Positions 12,601 to 25,017 of a DNA stretch of 64,000 bases are shown here, in pieces. Position numbers and translations under genes: made by a program. The DNA is taken from positions 3,100,001 through 3,164,000 of the forward strand of contig JBHGNT010000007.1 in assembly GCA_043228905.1 (NCBI GenBank). Direction: 5' to 3'. This DNA comes from Azolla caroliniana. Taxonomy: Eukaryota > Plantae > Polypodiophyta. The notes under the pieces were generated by a model. The model made no database searches. It saw only the letters and a list, made by a program, of their open reading frames with translations, and was not told the DNA's origin. Positions within the stretch are counted from its first letter, which is position 1. Every line of letters begins with the position of its first letter.

Positions 12601-15600
12601 GGTGTGTAGGATTAGAGGGATTATGAAAGAGTGTGACAGTGGACAACTGGGGAAACGATGCAATTACTCAACTGGGCCTTTTGTTGCTATCAGTAAACTG
12701 TGGGATATAACATCTGTAAGTAGAATGCTGCTGAAGTGTTTGCTTGATGAAGTTGGAATGGTGTAAAAGATTTGTTAGATGAATTTGATATGGTGGCAAA
12801 TATTTGTTTGGTAAATTTAATATGGTATCAAAGATTTTTCTGATGAGCTTTACAGGCCGCTCAGCAAGCATTAGATTACCTTGATGGGGGTGGCACTGTT
12901 GAAGAGGCAATGAGGATGTGTCCTAAAGAGTCACTGAATGATTTCTTCGAGAATGAGGTCTACCTACATTTTCAATGATAAATAAAATATTGAATCTTCA
13001 AATTTGTGCTATAAATTTAAGATTCATTTATGCAGGTTATATTACAGAAATATGGAATTTCTAAGTTCTTGCCTACAACCAGTAAGCAAAAAGAGGTATC
13101 TTACTAGAAGAAATGGACTTACTGAAAAAGCTTCATAATGTACCTTTGATCTTTATTCAGGAAATGATAGAGATAAGGCACAGGAGGCATAGAATCTCAG
13201 AATGTGATTGATATCTCTTTAACAGTGGTGCACAAGCCAAATTTTAACTGAAAGGGAACATGATATGAGACTTTCAAAAATAGCTATAAAGAGAAGCATA
13301 ATAACCCATGGTCACTTTGAAAATCGTGTTGCAATTTCTGTGCATCCTTGCTGCTTTTGAGGATTGGAGCAAATGTTCAAATATGTTCATGATTATATTC
13401 AATAATACCCACATCAGAATGTCATGAATTGCAAGTGGATTGTTAAAAGTCAAACATTCAAAACTACTGGTTGAGAGAAACCCCAATATTTTGACTCTCC
13501 AACTCTTCTTATTCTTGTTTTGTTACGCATGCAAAAATAATCCACAATAAGTAACGTTCTAGATAGTATGGTGTATCTTCCATTTGATGGTAAAACTGTA
13601 ATTTTCCATTCCAAACCTATGGATATTAATAAACCCAGCAACCAAGCCCAAATGAAACAATGGAACAGTTGATCTGTCCCCCAATCTGGGAATGAAGATG
13701 AACACTCATCGTTCACGGTATAGACTACTAGGTTATCTAATCCTGTTTGTTCCTGGTTACTGAACTTGGGGTGAATATTTTGATTTAGACTCCTTTCTAG
13801 CATAGCTATAGCCCTTAACATATATTTCTTCAATGTATGCACCGACTCGAAGTAAAGACTTTATTTATAAGTTCTTAAATTGAATATCTTATAATGTTCC
13901 ACTCTTCCTGAGATGATAATTCCAAATGCTCCAAATGTGGAGGCTGCACTCTTAGCTCTTGAATAAAAAAGTACGCATGTTTTCATTTTCATTCTGTTGC
14001 TAAAATAATTATGTTTCTCCTCTTTTTTCCTTTTTTCCACTCTTCACTTTGGTTCTACGTTACTCTTTTATTTGGAAGTTCAAAATCTCAGGTTGGCCTT
14101 TTGGAGCAATTTAAGCTAAATCTATAGATATACTGTATTATGGGTTTCTCCATTTTGCTGTGTCTAACAAAGGAATCTAATCTGGCTCAACCATGCTATC
14201 TGCATTTTCAGACATATTTTTAGGTCATGTGCGTTTTTGTATTTTCCCTCACATGCTTCACAGTTTACTGCCTTGCGGACGAGATGTATCACTGCAAGTT
14301 GAAGATTCTGTTCATTCTTGGATTGTAAGAGAAATCTTGGTCCTATGCCAACAAGCATAAATTTCTGTTAGCTCTTCAGGAAGCACACTTTTCATACTGG
14401 TAGACCACTAGACATGGTTAATCTTTAACTGTTTGATCTTACTATAGGACATTCCTTTTCCATTGCTCAGGAGCAACTACTACTTGAATTCTATCATATT
14501 ATTTACTCTTACAGATCAGGGCTTGGTCATGTGATATGACTAGGTTGTTGATATTGCAAGACTGAGATTAAGATCTTCATAATTTGTCAGCTGAGTCTGC
14601 TGTGGATTCTGGAAAGGAAAGCCAGTATGAAGACAGTGGAATAAGGGCATAGACTGTGAAGGCTCTCTGGGTGGTTCCACAATGGTAGCCATTGCAGATG
14701 GTGATTTTATTTTAATCATATCTTTCCACCATTAGTGATTCTATCTGCATATATCCTTGTGGGTGGACGACAATTGAATCCTTATGCACTATTCATTAGA
14801 TTCACTTTTTGGTTTTTGTTTTGTTATCATGTGGCTTTTTTGGGCTCTATTTCCCTATATTTTACCCAAGTTCTTTACTGACTAGCTTCATCACTTCTGG
14901 AGCGTGTACCTCGTCACACTTACATTGTATCCCATCCCTCTCTCTGCTGAATAGAACAGTGATATTATGGGTTGTTTTTCCTGTTTCCTCTGCCCTTTTT
15001 ATTGCTTGTACTTGTGTGTACGTTCTTTTTCATTTTGTTTTTACAAACTTAGAGAATGGTCTTAATTGTTATTGATGTTGCTGCAAGTTGTTTACTTTTA
15101 AGTGTATATGCTATCTGTGTATATACCGAAAGAATCTAAGAGCTTCTATTTTGTACTTCACACTCAGGTTGCTGAGAAAATAAATTGTTATGCTAATGAT
15201 GGAGATACGGTAATGCCGATTGTAGTCTTTACATATGTATGTATTTCCAATGCTTTACATTTTAATTCGTCTTGTGTATCTTTGTTCTGCACTTTTGAAG
15301 GTGTTGGAAATCTGCAGTCAGACAGCCGATTATTTCTCACTTCTAAAGGAGAGACTTGCAAGCCTGGGCAAGCACTGTGACTACAGAAGATTTATATTAG
15401 ATCAGTTGCAGGTTTCTCAAATAACTGATTCAAATTAGGTACTACAAAATTACACTAAAATGTAACCAGTACTTGTGTCTTGCAAGTGCAGAATAAAGAC
15501 ATAAAGGAGTTGCTGAGCACTGAGGAGTTGCCAACTGGATCAAAGCTGGTAAGCATTCCATGTGATATTAATTATAGAGGCTATGTTCAATTGTGATGTT

Positions 15601-16164
15601 GCTGCCCAAGATCTGATACATTTCTTTTTAAATCCAATCTCCAAAAAGCTTGTTTGTTTGAGTTTTTGCTTCTCTGTGTCGGGAGAGCTTAGTAACACGA
15701 TTTTAGATTATACACTGGAATTGAAGCCAAAGCTGGTAGTCGTTATTGCTCCACATTTTTCCCGAAGGTAATTTTCACAATCTGCTCTGGGTGTGTTTCC
15801 TACTTCTTCTCTTCTAATTATTCACATCATCCTGAACTGTGCTTTAAGACTGGAGGAATATACTAGCTACAATCTGGTTTGGGTTGATTCAGAGATTTTA
15901 CAGAATGAGGTAACTGCCTGAAAGAAGAATGTTCATTTAGCAAAGAAACGGTTGTATCATACATTGCAGAATTCGGTGATTTCTTGGCAGATATTATGGC
16001 CGTGGGGATTGATGGATGTTCCTAGTATTGATTTGGAGAAGAAAAAAGGCATATCACCAATTGTGTATGTTTGGAGTCGGGCAGACTGGATATGGAAGCA
16101 TCAGCACATTGCATCCCGATTTGGCCATCTACAAAAGACAGGTCTGCTTGCTTGTGGAAGTTGA
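6620..16164 (+). CDS. Divergent EDM2-like protein (ENHANCED DOWNY MILDEW 2 family) without PHD fingers, ~723 aa, 15 exons
   Basis: Exons 6620-6891, 10897-11259, 11361-11498, 11647-11728, 11919-12274, 12399-12527, 12610-12715, 12856-12957, 13036-13095, 15168-15209, 15301-15411, 15492-15548, 15649-15767, 15849-15909, 15991-16164 all have GT..AG ends and matching phases. Segments WSQLGKPQTDYEQTIKSVLV, PVKPRVSDL, ALDYLDGGGTVEEAMRMC, YANDGDTVLEIC, ELPTGSKL, LELKPKLVVVIAP, YNLVWVD and VWSRADWIWKHQHIA align by eye with recalled EDM2 N- and C-terminal regions. Linkage of exon 1 rests on phase only. Confidence 0.75.
6885..7830. repeat. Degenerate tandem repeat derived from the exon1/intron1 junction of the EDM2-like gene
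   Basis: Recurring blocks CCA(A/C/G)GTAAGCATT, TCATGAAAAA and TAGGGTTTA at roughly 100-170 bp spacing. Confidence 0.6.
7860..8830 (-). mobile_element. Ty3/gypsy pol relic (RNase H end plus integrase N-terminus) in intron 1
   Basis: Minus-strand frames FHFQILHIEVQKNVVSDLLS (gypsy RNase H end, N.VADALSR) and DVETFRRTC...DRQKTWGLLQPLPI..ESMAMDF (integrase zinc finger/core), fragmented. Confidence 0.8.
9410..9990. repeat. Two-copy ~291-bp tandem duplication in an intron
   Basis: CATCCAGA.AACCATATTGC... at 9410 and 9701; long identical stretches such as TTTAAGCCTATATCAGGAGTGAAACCTATATATTGA. Confidence 0.9.
13540..13990 (-). mobile_element. Possible L1-type LINE reverse-transcriptase relic in an intron
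   Basis: Minus frame NIHPKFSNQEQTGL resembles the L1 RT motif P.II..EQTGF; otherwise heavily decayed. Confidence 0.35.
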
Positions 16165-16526
16165 GGGAGTTGAACGGCTTTTATATGAGGCACCAGTCAC
16201 ACGCATCTGCTCAGCTGGCTCCATTAGTCTACAGTTAGGTTTAGAGTAAGCCTATTATAGTACAAAGTACTAAAGGCTGCCTACGTGTGGATGTATACCT
16301 ACTGATGTATATCAACTTTGATAAAGTCATAATGGACGAGTTCTTATCTGTGCATTGTGACAATCTCTGCCAATGATAAACTTCTCGTTGCAAACTTGCG
16401 GTTATTAATGCAAGATAATTGATGCATGTCACTACTTTCAGGCCATATGCAATTTCTTTTGGGGCAAATTTTTTTAAAATTTTGGAGTGGATGTGAATAA
16501 GTGTGGGCCATCTCTTTACCACCAAT

Positions 16527-16926
16527 CATAGACATATTCGCATTCGTGGGATTTTCCATTCGAATGCAAACGAATACGCATACATTCGTGTGGTCAAGTA
16601 TTCGTTTTAAAAAAAAAAGGAAAAAAAAGTCCCTCCTTTTAGTTTCTTAGGAAAAAAAGGTTCATAAACTCTCCTCTTTTTTTATTTGACACTAGAAAGG
16701 AGAGTTTATACTAATCATATTTTTATAATTTATTAATGAATAATTGTTCTTTTATTTAGTGAATTAAATTTATTTATTTTTAAATTAATTAATTAATTAA
16801 TTGTTTGTATATTTATTTTACAAAACGAATGGTTTTTAAATATTCTTAGGGCCATTTTGTATTCTCGAATTTTGAGAATATCACGCATGGAGAATATGAC
16901 GAATATCGCGCTTGTGTCAATCTATG
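16527..16926. mobile_element. Non-autonomous hAT element (MITE), copy 1
   Basis: Ends CATAGACATATTCG (4-bp deletion in TIR) and TGTCAATCTATG; perfect 8-bp TSD CCACCAAT at 16519-16526 and 16927-16934; subterminal TATTCG/CGAATA motifs; homologous to 19912-20585. Confidence 0.9.
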
Positions 16927-17330
16927 CCACCAATAAAGATAAACATTATCAATTCATTGTCATCTACATGTTTAGCTTGAATTACCATACTCCATAGAGC
17001 AATGAAAGTGTCATTGTTCCCTTTGTGTCACCATTAGGATAGTTGGTAATGATCCTCATCACTCCTAGAATAGGTCTAATAATATGATCCTTTGTAATAT
17101 CATGTATGTAAACATATTTGTATCTGTATCTTGAAAATTTCTGTGTTTGATAAAAAGCTAAAGCCATCATGTGCATTCCAAATTCTTGGTCTGACACAAA
17201 TGGATAGAAAAATCCACATTGGCAACCCACTCAAAGTAAATTAAATGTGGCCCTACCCTACCCCCAGTTTCCAATCATGCTGAAGTAAAGACACATTAAT
17301 TCATGCAAAGATGGATGAAAAAGGAAAACT

Positions 17331-17646
17331 ATCCACATTACCAATTCAGCAAACGGGAACTAGATGCTCAACAGCGTTCCCCAGTTTCCAATCAATACAA
17401 GTTATCAATTCGGAGAAAACTGTATGTTCAACAGCATTCCAGAGTTTCCAATCAGTCCACAATACAATGCAGTAAAAGGGAACTACATGTTTGACAGCAT
17501 TCTCCGATTTCCAATCAATCCACATTACCAATTCAGCAAAAGGGAATTACATGTACACCAGCATTCCCTAGTTTCCAATCAATCCACATGACCAATTCAG
17601 TAAAAAGGAATTACATGTTCAACAGCATTCCCCCAGTTCCCAATCA
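17331..17646. repeat. Minisatellite, 5 x ~63 bp
   Basis: Unit CCACATTACCAATTCAGCAAAAGGGAACTACATGTTCAACAGCATTCCCCAGTTTCCAATCAAT repeated with substitutions; CCCCAGTTTCCAATCA..CTGAA.TAAAGA occurs on both sides (~17262 and ~17630). Confidence 0.9.
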
Positions 17647-18014
17647 CACTGAAATAAAGATACATCATAAAATTGGTAGAAAAATATAACTATCTTCTTA
17701 CTAATCTCCAGTTTCCCCCAATTCAAAAGACATTATAATATTATAATAAATGTGAACTATTAGGTGACCACTGTCAATAAAGACCAACTTAAGATCTTCT
17801 CACAATGATGTGTGTTCAAATGAGAAACGGAAAGCCTCTAAAAACTTACAGATCCCCTCTAAAAACGTATAGATTCTGTGATAGAATGAGGTGATGAAAA
17901 ACCTGGTCACCTTTACTGTACACATTAGTGCAGATAAAAGCGCACTTTGCCTGTGCCAATTACAAGTTACAAGATCTAGTGACAGCTTAACAAAATCCGA
18001 ACAAAGATATATTA

Positions 18015-21000
18015 CTAATATTCTGTTTCTAACAGCCCATCGATCAGCCCAAACTCCATAGCCTGCACACACCAACAGTGTGCAAAAACATTAGAATGGA
18101 TAGTATTTTGACACATGTTAAAAAGAAACAAAGACATAACATTCTTGGCGTAATTTATAGTTTATATGAAGTTCCAGGAAATGAATGTATATTCCATCAT
18201 TCCTCAAAATTTCTAATTTATTATAATTGGGGACACAGAAGCTTTGATCCATGCATCCTCTAAAAATTGAACAATCTCAAAGCTTTCTTTGGTCTGTCAT
18301 CATCATCATCATCATTATGTAATGCAGCTGTGAATTTGATGGAAACCAAAGCAGCTAGATATAGCTTCTGAGGCGAAAGAGATCAAATAAGACAATTACT
18401 ACTATAACATATCAGAAAAAAAAAGTACGTCAGGATACCTCAGCAGCAGAGAAAAAATGATCTCTATCTGTAAACCTTTGTACTCTTTCCAAGGGTTGCC
18501 CAGTGAAGGCTGCATACATCTTGTCAATTTTCTGCAAATAGAAGTAAACGTTTTTGACGCCTCAATACTATGAGACATTATGGACACCTCTTAGATAAGT
18601 TCAAATGTTAAAGAGTAAATATCCAAGATGACAAATTAGAGTAGGTGACGAAAACCTACATCTCGTGATTGCACAACTTCATTCACTTGCCTTCTTACAT
18701 CGTCCATGGTGCCCTATCACATGTCAATTAACCCATTAAAGAGCAGTAAATAACTTCTGTAGCAAAGTTTTAAATCCTGAAAATTGCAGGCCCCTTCCAG
18801 CAAGAAACAAAAATATCTTTAGTAACATAGAACATAATAAATAGCCAAACTTAGAAAATGTAATGCAAATCCACTCTATAACAGAAGTTCATCCCAAGGA
18901 TCCTAGTTTTCATCTACCATTTCATTTGTAACATGTCTAGCTTCTACAGTATTCCATATTCACATCATCACTGTCCACAAATAAATGAATTTTTTCATAT
19001 TAGTAGTCAATATAATGGTAGATAAAATGAACCACCATATCAAGTTTCTATCAATCACTTCTGCAAATCATTAATGTCCATGAATAATGAAGCTTTGTGT
19101 ATTAGCACTTACTCAATGGTACATCAAAGGAAGTACCATATCAAGTTTCTATCAATCATTTCTGTGAAGAAGTAACCTAGCACTCAGCAAGTACAAGAAC
19201 TTTAAAATGCATATACACAATAATGTACGATCACTGGTTGATGAATAACTTCGTTAACAACAATTTTCTCTAATGTTCTTCCAATGTTAAATTTATTTTA
19301 CAATTTAAAAATATTTATTCTAACAAACATTTTGAGTACATCCACGTTGGTTATCTTCTATGTTTCGACACAGTGGATATATTATATTATCAAAACAGGT
19401 AATGGAAACTGCATTCAGTGGTTCATGAAGGATTGATATATATATATATATATATATATATGCATACACATACCCAGACAGATACAAACATCTATGTAGA
19501 TGGATATGTAATTTCTATTAGGTAGATATACATACATATATACATCACAACAATTTGCTATAAAATCACATTTTGGGAATGCTAACGCTCATACCCCACA
19601 TCCCCCTTGTGGCTGGTGGATCATAATGCGAGCATTTGGCATGGCAAACCGCATCCCCTTTTCTCCTCCTGCTAAAATAAGTGCACCCTGGCTGGCTGCA
19701 ATACCGAAGCACACAGTCTTCACCTTTGGTTTTATCTGAAAAGGATTGTCACAAAAAGGATTTGTATGAAACACAGAACACCCAAATGGAAACAAAAATA
19801 AGTACAGATGTATTTAAGGGCAAAGATCGCTGATTAGCACCCCCACATTTCAAGTCAATTATATCATTCAAACTGCGATATAAGATGGATTGCTAAACCA
19901 TATGTCGTGACCATAGATTGATATATTCGCATTTGTGGGGTTTCCCATTCGAATGCAAATGAATACGAATACGAATACGAATGGGTGGTCAAGTATTCGT
20001 TTGACAAAAAAAAAGAAAAAAAAAGAAAACATAAACTTATCTATTTTAATTTCTTAGGATAAAAAAAAGGAACTTGACAATAAATAGGGATAAAAAAAGA
20101 GGGACTTGACACTATGTACTCAATTTTTATAATAAATGTATAACTTATAACTATAAGTATTCGTTTTATTTTTAATAAATAAATAAAATAAAATAAAGGT
20201 TCATTAATTTTTCACTTTTTATTCCCTCGAAATTTATGGATATTTTTATCTTGACATTAAAAATAGGACTTGAAAGTTCACACTGATCATATTTTTATAG
20301 TAAATATAAAAATATTTATTTAAAAATAAATAAATAATTAATTAGTTAATTAAAATAAGTTTCATAAACTCTCCTGAAGGCTGACACTATAATCTATTAA
20401 TGAATAATTGTTCTTTTTTTGGTGAAATAAATTTATTTAAATAAAAAATGAATGAATTAATTTTTTAATATTGATTTTGCAAAACGAATGGTTTTATAAT
20501 ATTCTTGGGGCGATTTCGTATTCTCGAATATTACGAATATCACGCATAGAGAATACCATGAATATCACGCATGTGTCAATCTATGGTCGTGACCTAACCA
20601 TACGCCATGACCTAGCAACTTAAACATAATCTGGTTGTTTTGCCACGTTTACAACAGTGCATAATCATAACATTTAAAAGGCATGCTATAAAAATAATGC
20701 ACAATAATATTGTCATTACCTACAACTGTTTTTTTAAGCTTTTCAAGCCCTGTATCAATCCTTCATGAACCACGTGGGGTAGACTATATAATGCATCATA
20801 GGAAACAAATCTAAGGCACTATCCATAGTGCCTCTAGCATTTTAATGTCCATGTTCAATTGCATGATATCTATGAAAGCTGGCACCAGAAATACATAAGA
20901 GAGTCTTTAAAGGACAAACAATGGTCTATTATACGCAACAGGAGGTTGTAATGGGTAAAACTACCTGAAGTATATTAATTACATATGTACTTCAAAATCT

Positions 21001-22982
21001 ACAAGAGTTAACAAAAGAGTAATAACTGCTGAATGGAGCTAAATATTATGTCTCACAAAAGCATCCATCATACAAGTCCAGGATGGCATTGTCTCCACAT
21101 AGTAATAACACATTATGCTAGTTGGGAACTATACCTGTCAATCGTTGTTCATGAGTCTCCCTTGTAGGACAACATCCTCAATACTAACAATTGCTCCTGT
21201 CTAATGTAGGCTGCATCTACTTTTGCAAATCCTAAATTCACAGCAGCCTTTATGGACTGAAGTAGCAATTGGCAGAGTATGGATTTTATTGTAACACCAC
21301 CAAAACCATAGTAATGATTTCAACATTGTGGAGGAGCATGACAGAAGAATGGCTTTACATGCCCTACCCATCCTTTAGAAGTGACAACTTCCATCTTTGA
21401 ACTTATGTTAGAGAGAAACAAACATTTTCTAAGCAGTAGAATATGTACCCAAGTGGCACTCACTTTATTTATTAACAAATGCTTCTTCAATCTGTCACGT
21501 ATTGACAAAGAGACCTTTGCGATAGATACAGGAATAATCCTCATCATTCCAACATGGGATCAACCCCGGGGAACTTGCACCACATAGTACCGATTGAGTT
21601 TTCAATTCAATTGACATTTGGTTCTAAAGTCTTCTCTAGCCAAAACTTCTTCATATGTAAAAACTCTAAAAACTAAATTCTCTGATGCAAATATGATAAT
21701 CTATGTCTTAAAATACTGATACAGCGATAAATTGTGCACATCTAGTACTAAATATATTTAATAAGAGAAACCGTCAAACAAGCATCCTGATATCAAAACA
21801 TGCATATTATAGTCTCATTCATCATCTCTCTAAGCCGCCAAGACACCAGCCCACAACATAAATGGAAATGTTTGATAAGTAGGAAAGTTTGTAGAAATAC
21901 CCAAGCCATGCAATCATAAATTGCTAAGACAGAATAAGTGCTTCCACCAGGGCAATTTATATATATCTGGAACAAAACAAACAAAAATTCATTCACGTCA
22001 TAGTATAATCCATGAAGAAAGAAGCAAACAGAACACAACAAAATATGTCACGTACATTCACTATTTAAGTACCTGAATGTCCTCATTTTCATCAATTGCA
22101 GCTAGTGTCATGAGCTCTGAGATAACACGTTGTGCTACTTGTGAATTTATGGGCTGACCAATGAATATGATTCGGTTTCGGAGCAAGACAGATGACAAAT
22201 CCATAGCACCCACTGGCGTCATAAGAGCTGGCATAATAGGAGGAGGTGCCTTCTTTGCTGCTCTAATCACATTATTACTGCATGACATATTACGAAAACA
22301 TTGTCATGTTTTGTGTGACTCATACATGCATATCAATAAGCAATTCAGGTTACATTATTAAAAGATCAAATGGAGATGATATTACTGTGTTGCACATAAG
22401 AAAATTTGTGATGTCACACATATATGATACATTACACAAGGCATGAGCACACCTTCTTTGCTGAAATGATGTCATTGCTGCTATATCATTACATCATGAC
22501 ATAAATAGTAAATGATAATAGCATGGTGTGGGTGAATTTAACCAGACCAATAAGCAATTCTATGAAGTGGCAAAATTAGTAAATTTGTGTTGAGGTTTGA
22601 CACATAAATAGAATATGTATTCTGTGATGTCCCACAAAGCCTATACATAAATGGGGATGCATACATACACATATATACATACATGCGCTCGAGGTTTTAG
22701 TAATGCGTGATATAAGGGGAAGGGAACCTCATAATTGAGGTTAAAACCCCATTAAAACGCGCGTGCATAAAGGAAAGGTGAAGAGGAAAAAGGGTAAGAG
22801 AGAAAACGAAGAACCAAAAGGACTCACAGGCTATTAGAAGTGGCGATGGCAGCGATCGACTTTCGATTGTGACAGGGGAGGCCATGAGGATGGCGAGGCA
22901 CGGGGATCTTCTGTCCGGAGAACTCTTTACGGCAGAGAGGTTTGGACAGGGAAGGTGCAGAGAGCGTCGACGAGGATGCCAT
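18015..22982 (-). CDS. CLPP6: ATP-dependent Clp protease proteolytic subunit 6, chloroplastic, 7 exons
   Basis: Exons 22982-22828, 22277-22073, 21966-21901, 19735-19595, 18713-18660, 18531-18439, 18062-18015 splice in frame. [51 protein letters not shown] (Ser), IHQP (His), DRDHF (Asp) and C-terminus [13 protein letters not shown] match ClpP6; transit-peptide-like N-terminus. Confidence 0.95.
19912..20585. mobile_element. Non-autonomous hAT element (MITE), copy 2, in a CLPP6 intron
   Basis: TIRs CATAGATTGA(T)A / TGTCAATCTATG; perfect 8-bp TSD GTCGTGAC at 19904-19911 and 20586-20593. Confidence 0.93.
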
Positions 22983-23211
22983 GTCTCTCTCTCTCTCTCT
23001 CTGTCTGTCTGTCTCAGAGACCACAGTCGAAGATAAGTAAGTATTATTTACATATACATATATAGAGAGATAAAGCTTTCTGCCCCTCACTATTACTATA
23101 ATTCCCAAAATACCCTCCTCCCCCCCCCCCCTCCACACACACACACTTACACTTCATTAGATGTTTACCAATGAACCGATCAAAGTTTCGTTTAATTTCT
23201 ATAGGAAAAAT

Positions 23212-23431
23212 CCCTCATGATGGATGATCCCACTGACGGAAGTTCCCTGTAACTTTTCTCGGAATAACCCTCATGATGGATGATCCCACTGACGGAAGTT
23301 CCCTGTAACTTTTCTCGGAATAACCCTCATGATGGATGAACAGGTGACGGAAGTTTATATGAACGAACGACGGAAGTTCCCCGTCATTTTTATCGGAAAA
23401 GCCACTCCGATGAACTGCCATTGACGGAAGT
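23212..23431. repeat. 56-bp tandem repeat (2 identical copies plus degenerate ones) upstream of CLPP6
   Basis: CCCTCATGATGGATGATCCCACTGACGGAAGTTCCCTGTAACTTTTCTCGGAATAA at 23212-23267 and 23268-23323; GACGGAAGT occurs 5 times in the interval. Confidence 0.9.
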
Positions 23432-25017
23432 AGCTCCCCATATAGAAATTCTCCCCGAAAACCCCCTTGTTTCCCTTGGACTACACACTTGAACTTCTAT
23501 TAGAATAACACCTTTCTACTTACGAAAATGGTTCAACAATGTTCTACGGTGTTTTACCAGAAGCTCTCCGAACTTCTATCAGAATACCTCTACACACTTG
23601 ACATGATGTTAACTTTGTCGATGTTTGCTTGAAGTTTATGTGGTTTTATTGGAATATCCCTATGTACATCAAAAGATGCTGATCTTCTTCAATGTTTACT
23701 AAAAGTATCTAAAATTTCATCAAATTATCTCAATATATGGGAAATGTTTAGTTAACTGCTTGGATGTTGATCCGAATAATGTCTTGAAAACTTGGAGGGC
23801 TATTTTTGTAGATATACAACTATTGTTATGAGGTTGCCTTTCAAATTTCAATAACTAAAAAACCATATTCACAAAGGGTTTTACCATCTCTCACAAAATG
23901 CCACTCCAATATTTCCTTAATTGACAAAGATTCATTATGTTTCATGATCTAATATGTCAAATTATTAAAATGCTTCTCTAGTTTATCATAATTCTTAAGA
24001 TGCTACCAAAACAAGCACAATTGATTATCTAAGAAGGCCAATTATCAAAATGTCACTTGGGAAATCCAATTATTTTCAACAATAATGGAAATTGTTTTCA
24101 ATAACCACCAAATCATCATTAGGTCTTAGGTTTTCCAACTAATGGTCATAACTCAATAAACACAAATTCTTGATGGAAACAAAATGAATCATGAATCTTA
24201 AAACAAGATGAATAAAAAACAAATATTGAGCCCAAACATTTTGTTACTTGTGAAACTAATCAAGACTCTTCTTTCATTTCTTATTGAACATCTAATATAC
24301 ATCTAAACTTGCATTCTGGCTTGCTGACTTGAAAAAATTATTAGTGCCTTTGGGTTCAAACCCTCAACAATGTTTAAGCGTCATTTCAGTGCTAGAATAC
24401 TTAGCTGAATACTTGACACTACAAGCAATAACCACCATCACCACCACCGGAGTACCTACAGACCTACATGCATTCTTCCATCACATGTGAGACACTAGTA
24501 AGATTTGAATTTAGATCATATGCTTCCCACTTGCAAACTCTAAAGCATAGTTTCATGTGAACATTTCATAGCAACCACGAAATGTTCAATCATACAAGAA
24601 CAAATTTCCATCATTCTAAAATGAACTCAAAAAGATGGTAGACAAACAATTGAGAAGACTTCAAAGGTTCAATGATTTGATCTATGCTCATAAAACAAAT
24701 TACAGCTCCCTTTTTTATTGGCTTACACAATGCAAGGATTTCCCGAAAAAGTTTGATTGAATCGGACAATATATCAACCTCAAATCAGGGCCTAGAAAAT
24801 TGGAGCACAACCTCACAGTTATTCCCTTCTCCTCAGTGCCAATTACCTGAGAGAACCACTCAACGAGTATGCAAATGAAAAGAACAGTGTGCATTGTGAG
24901 GGGAGTCTTCATAGGTTTGAAAATTTCAGACCCCGACATAGTAAAAACAAAAAGACTCAGCAAGAACTTTCATCACAACCCTTGTAGGCTTGCAATCCAG
25001 TTCCTGATTTAGTACAT

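Noticed and set aside
17303-17591. Repeat-protein ORFs over the 63-bp minisatellite
   Set aside because: Unit indels shift frames, the ORFs are short and no domain is recognisable.
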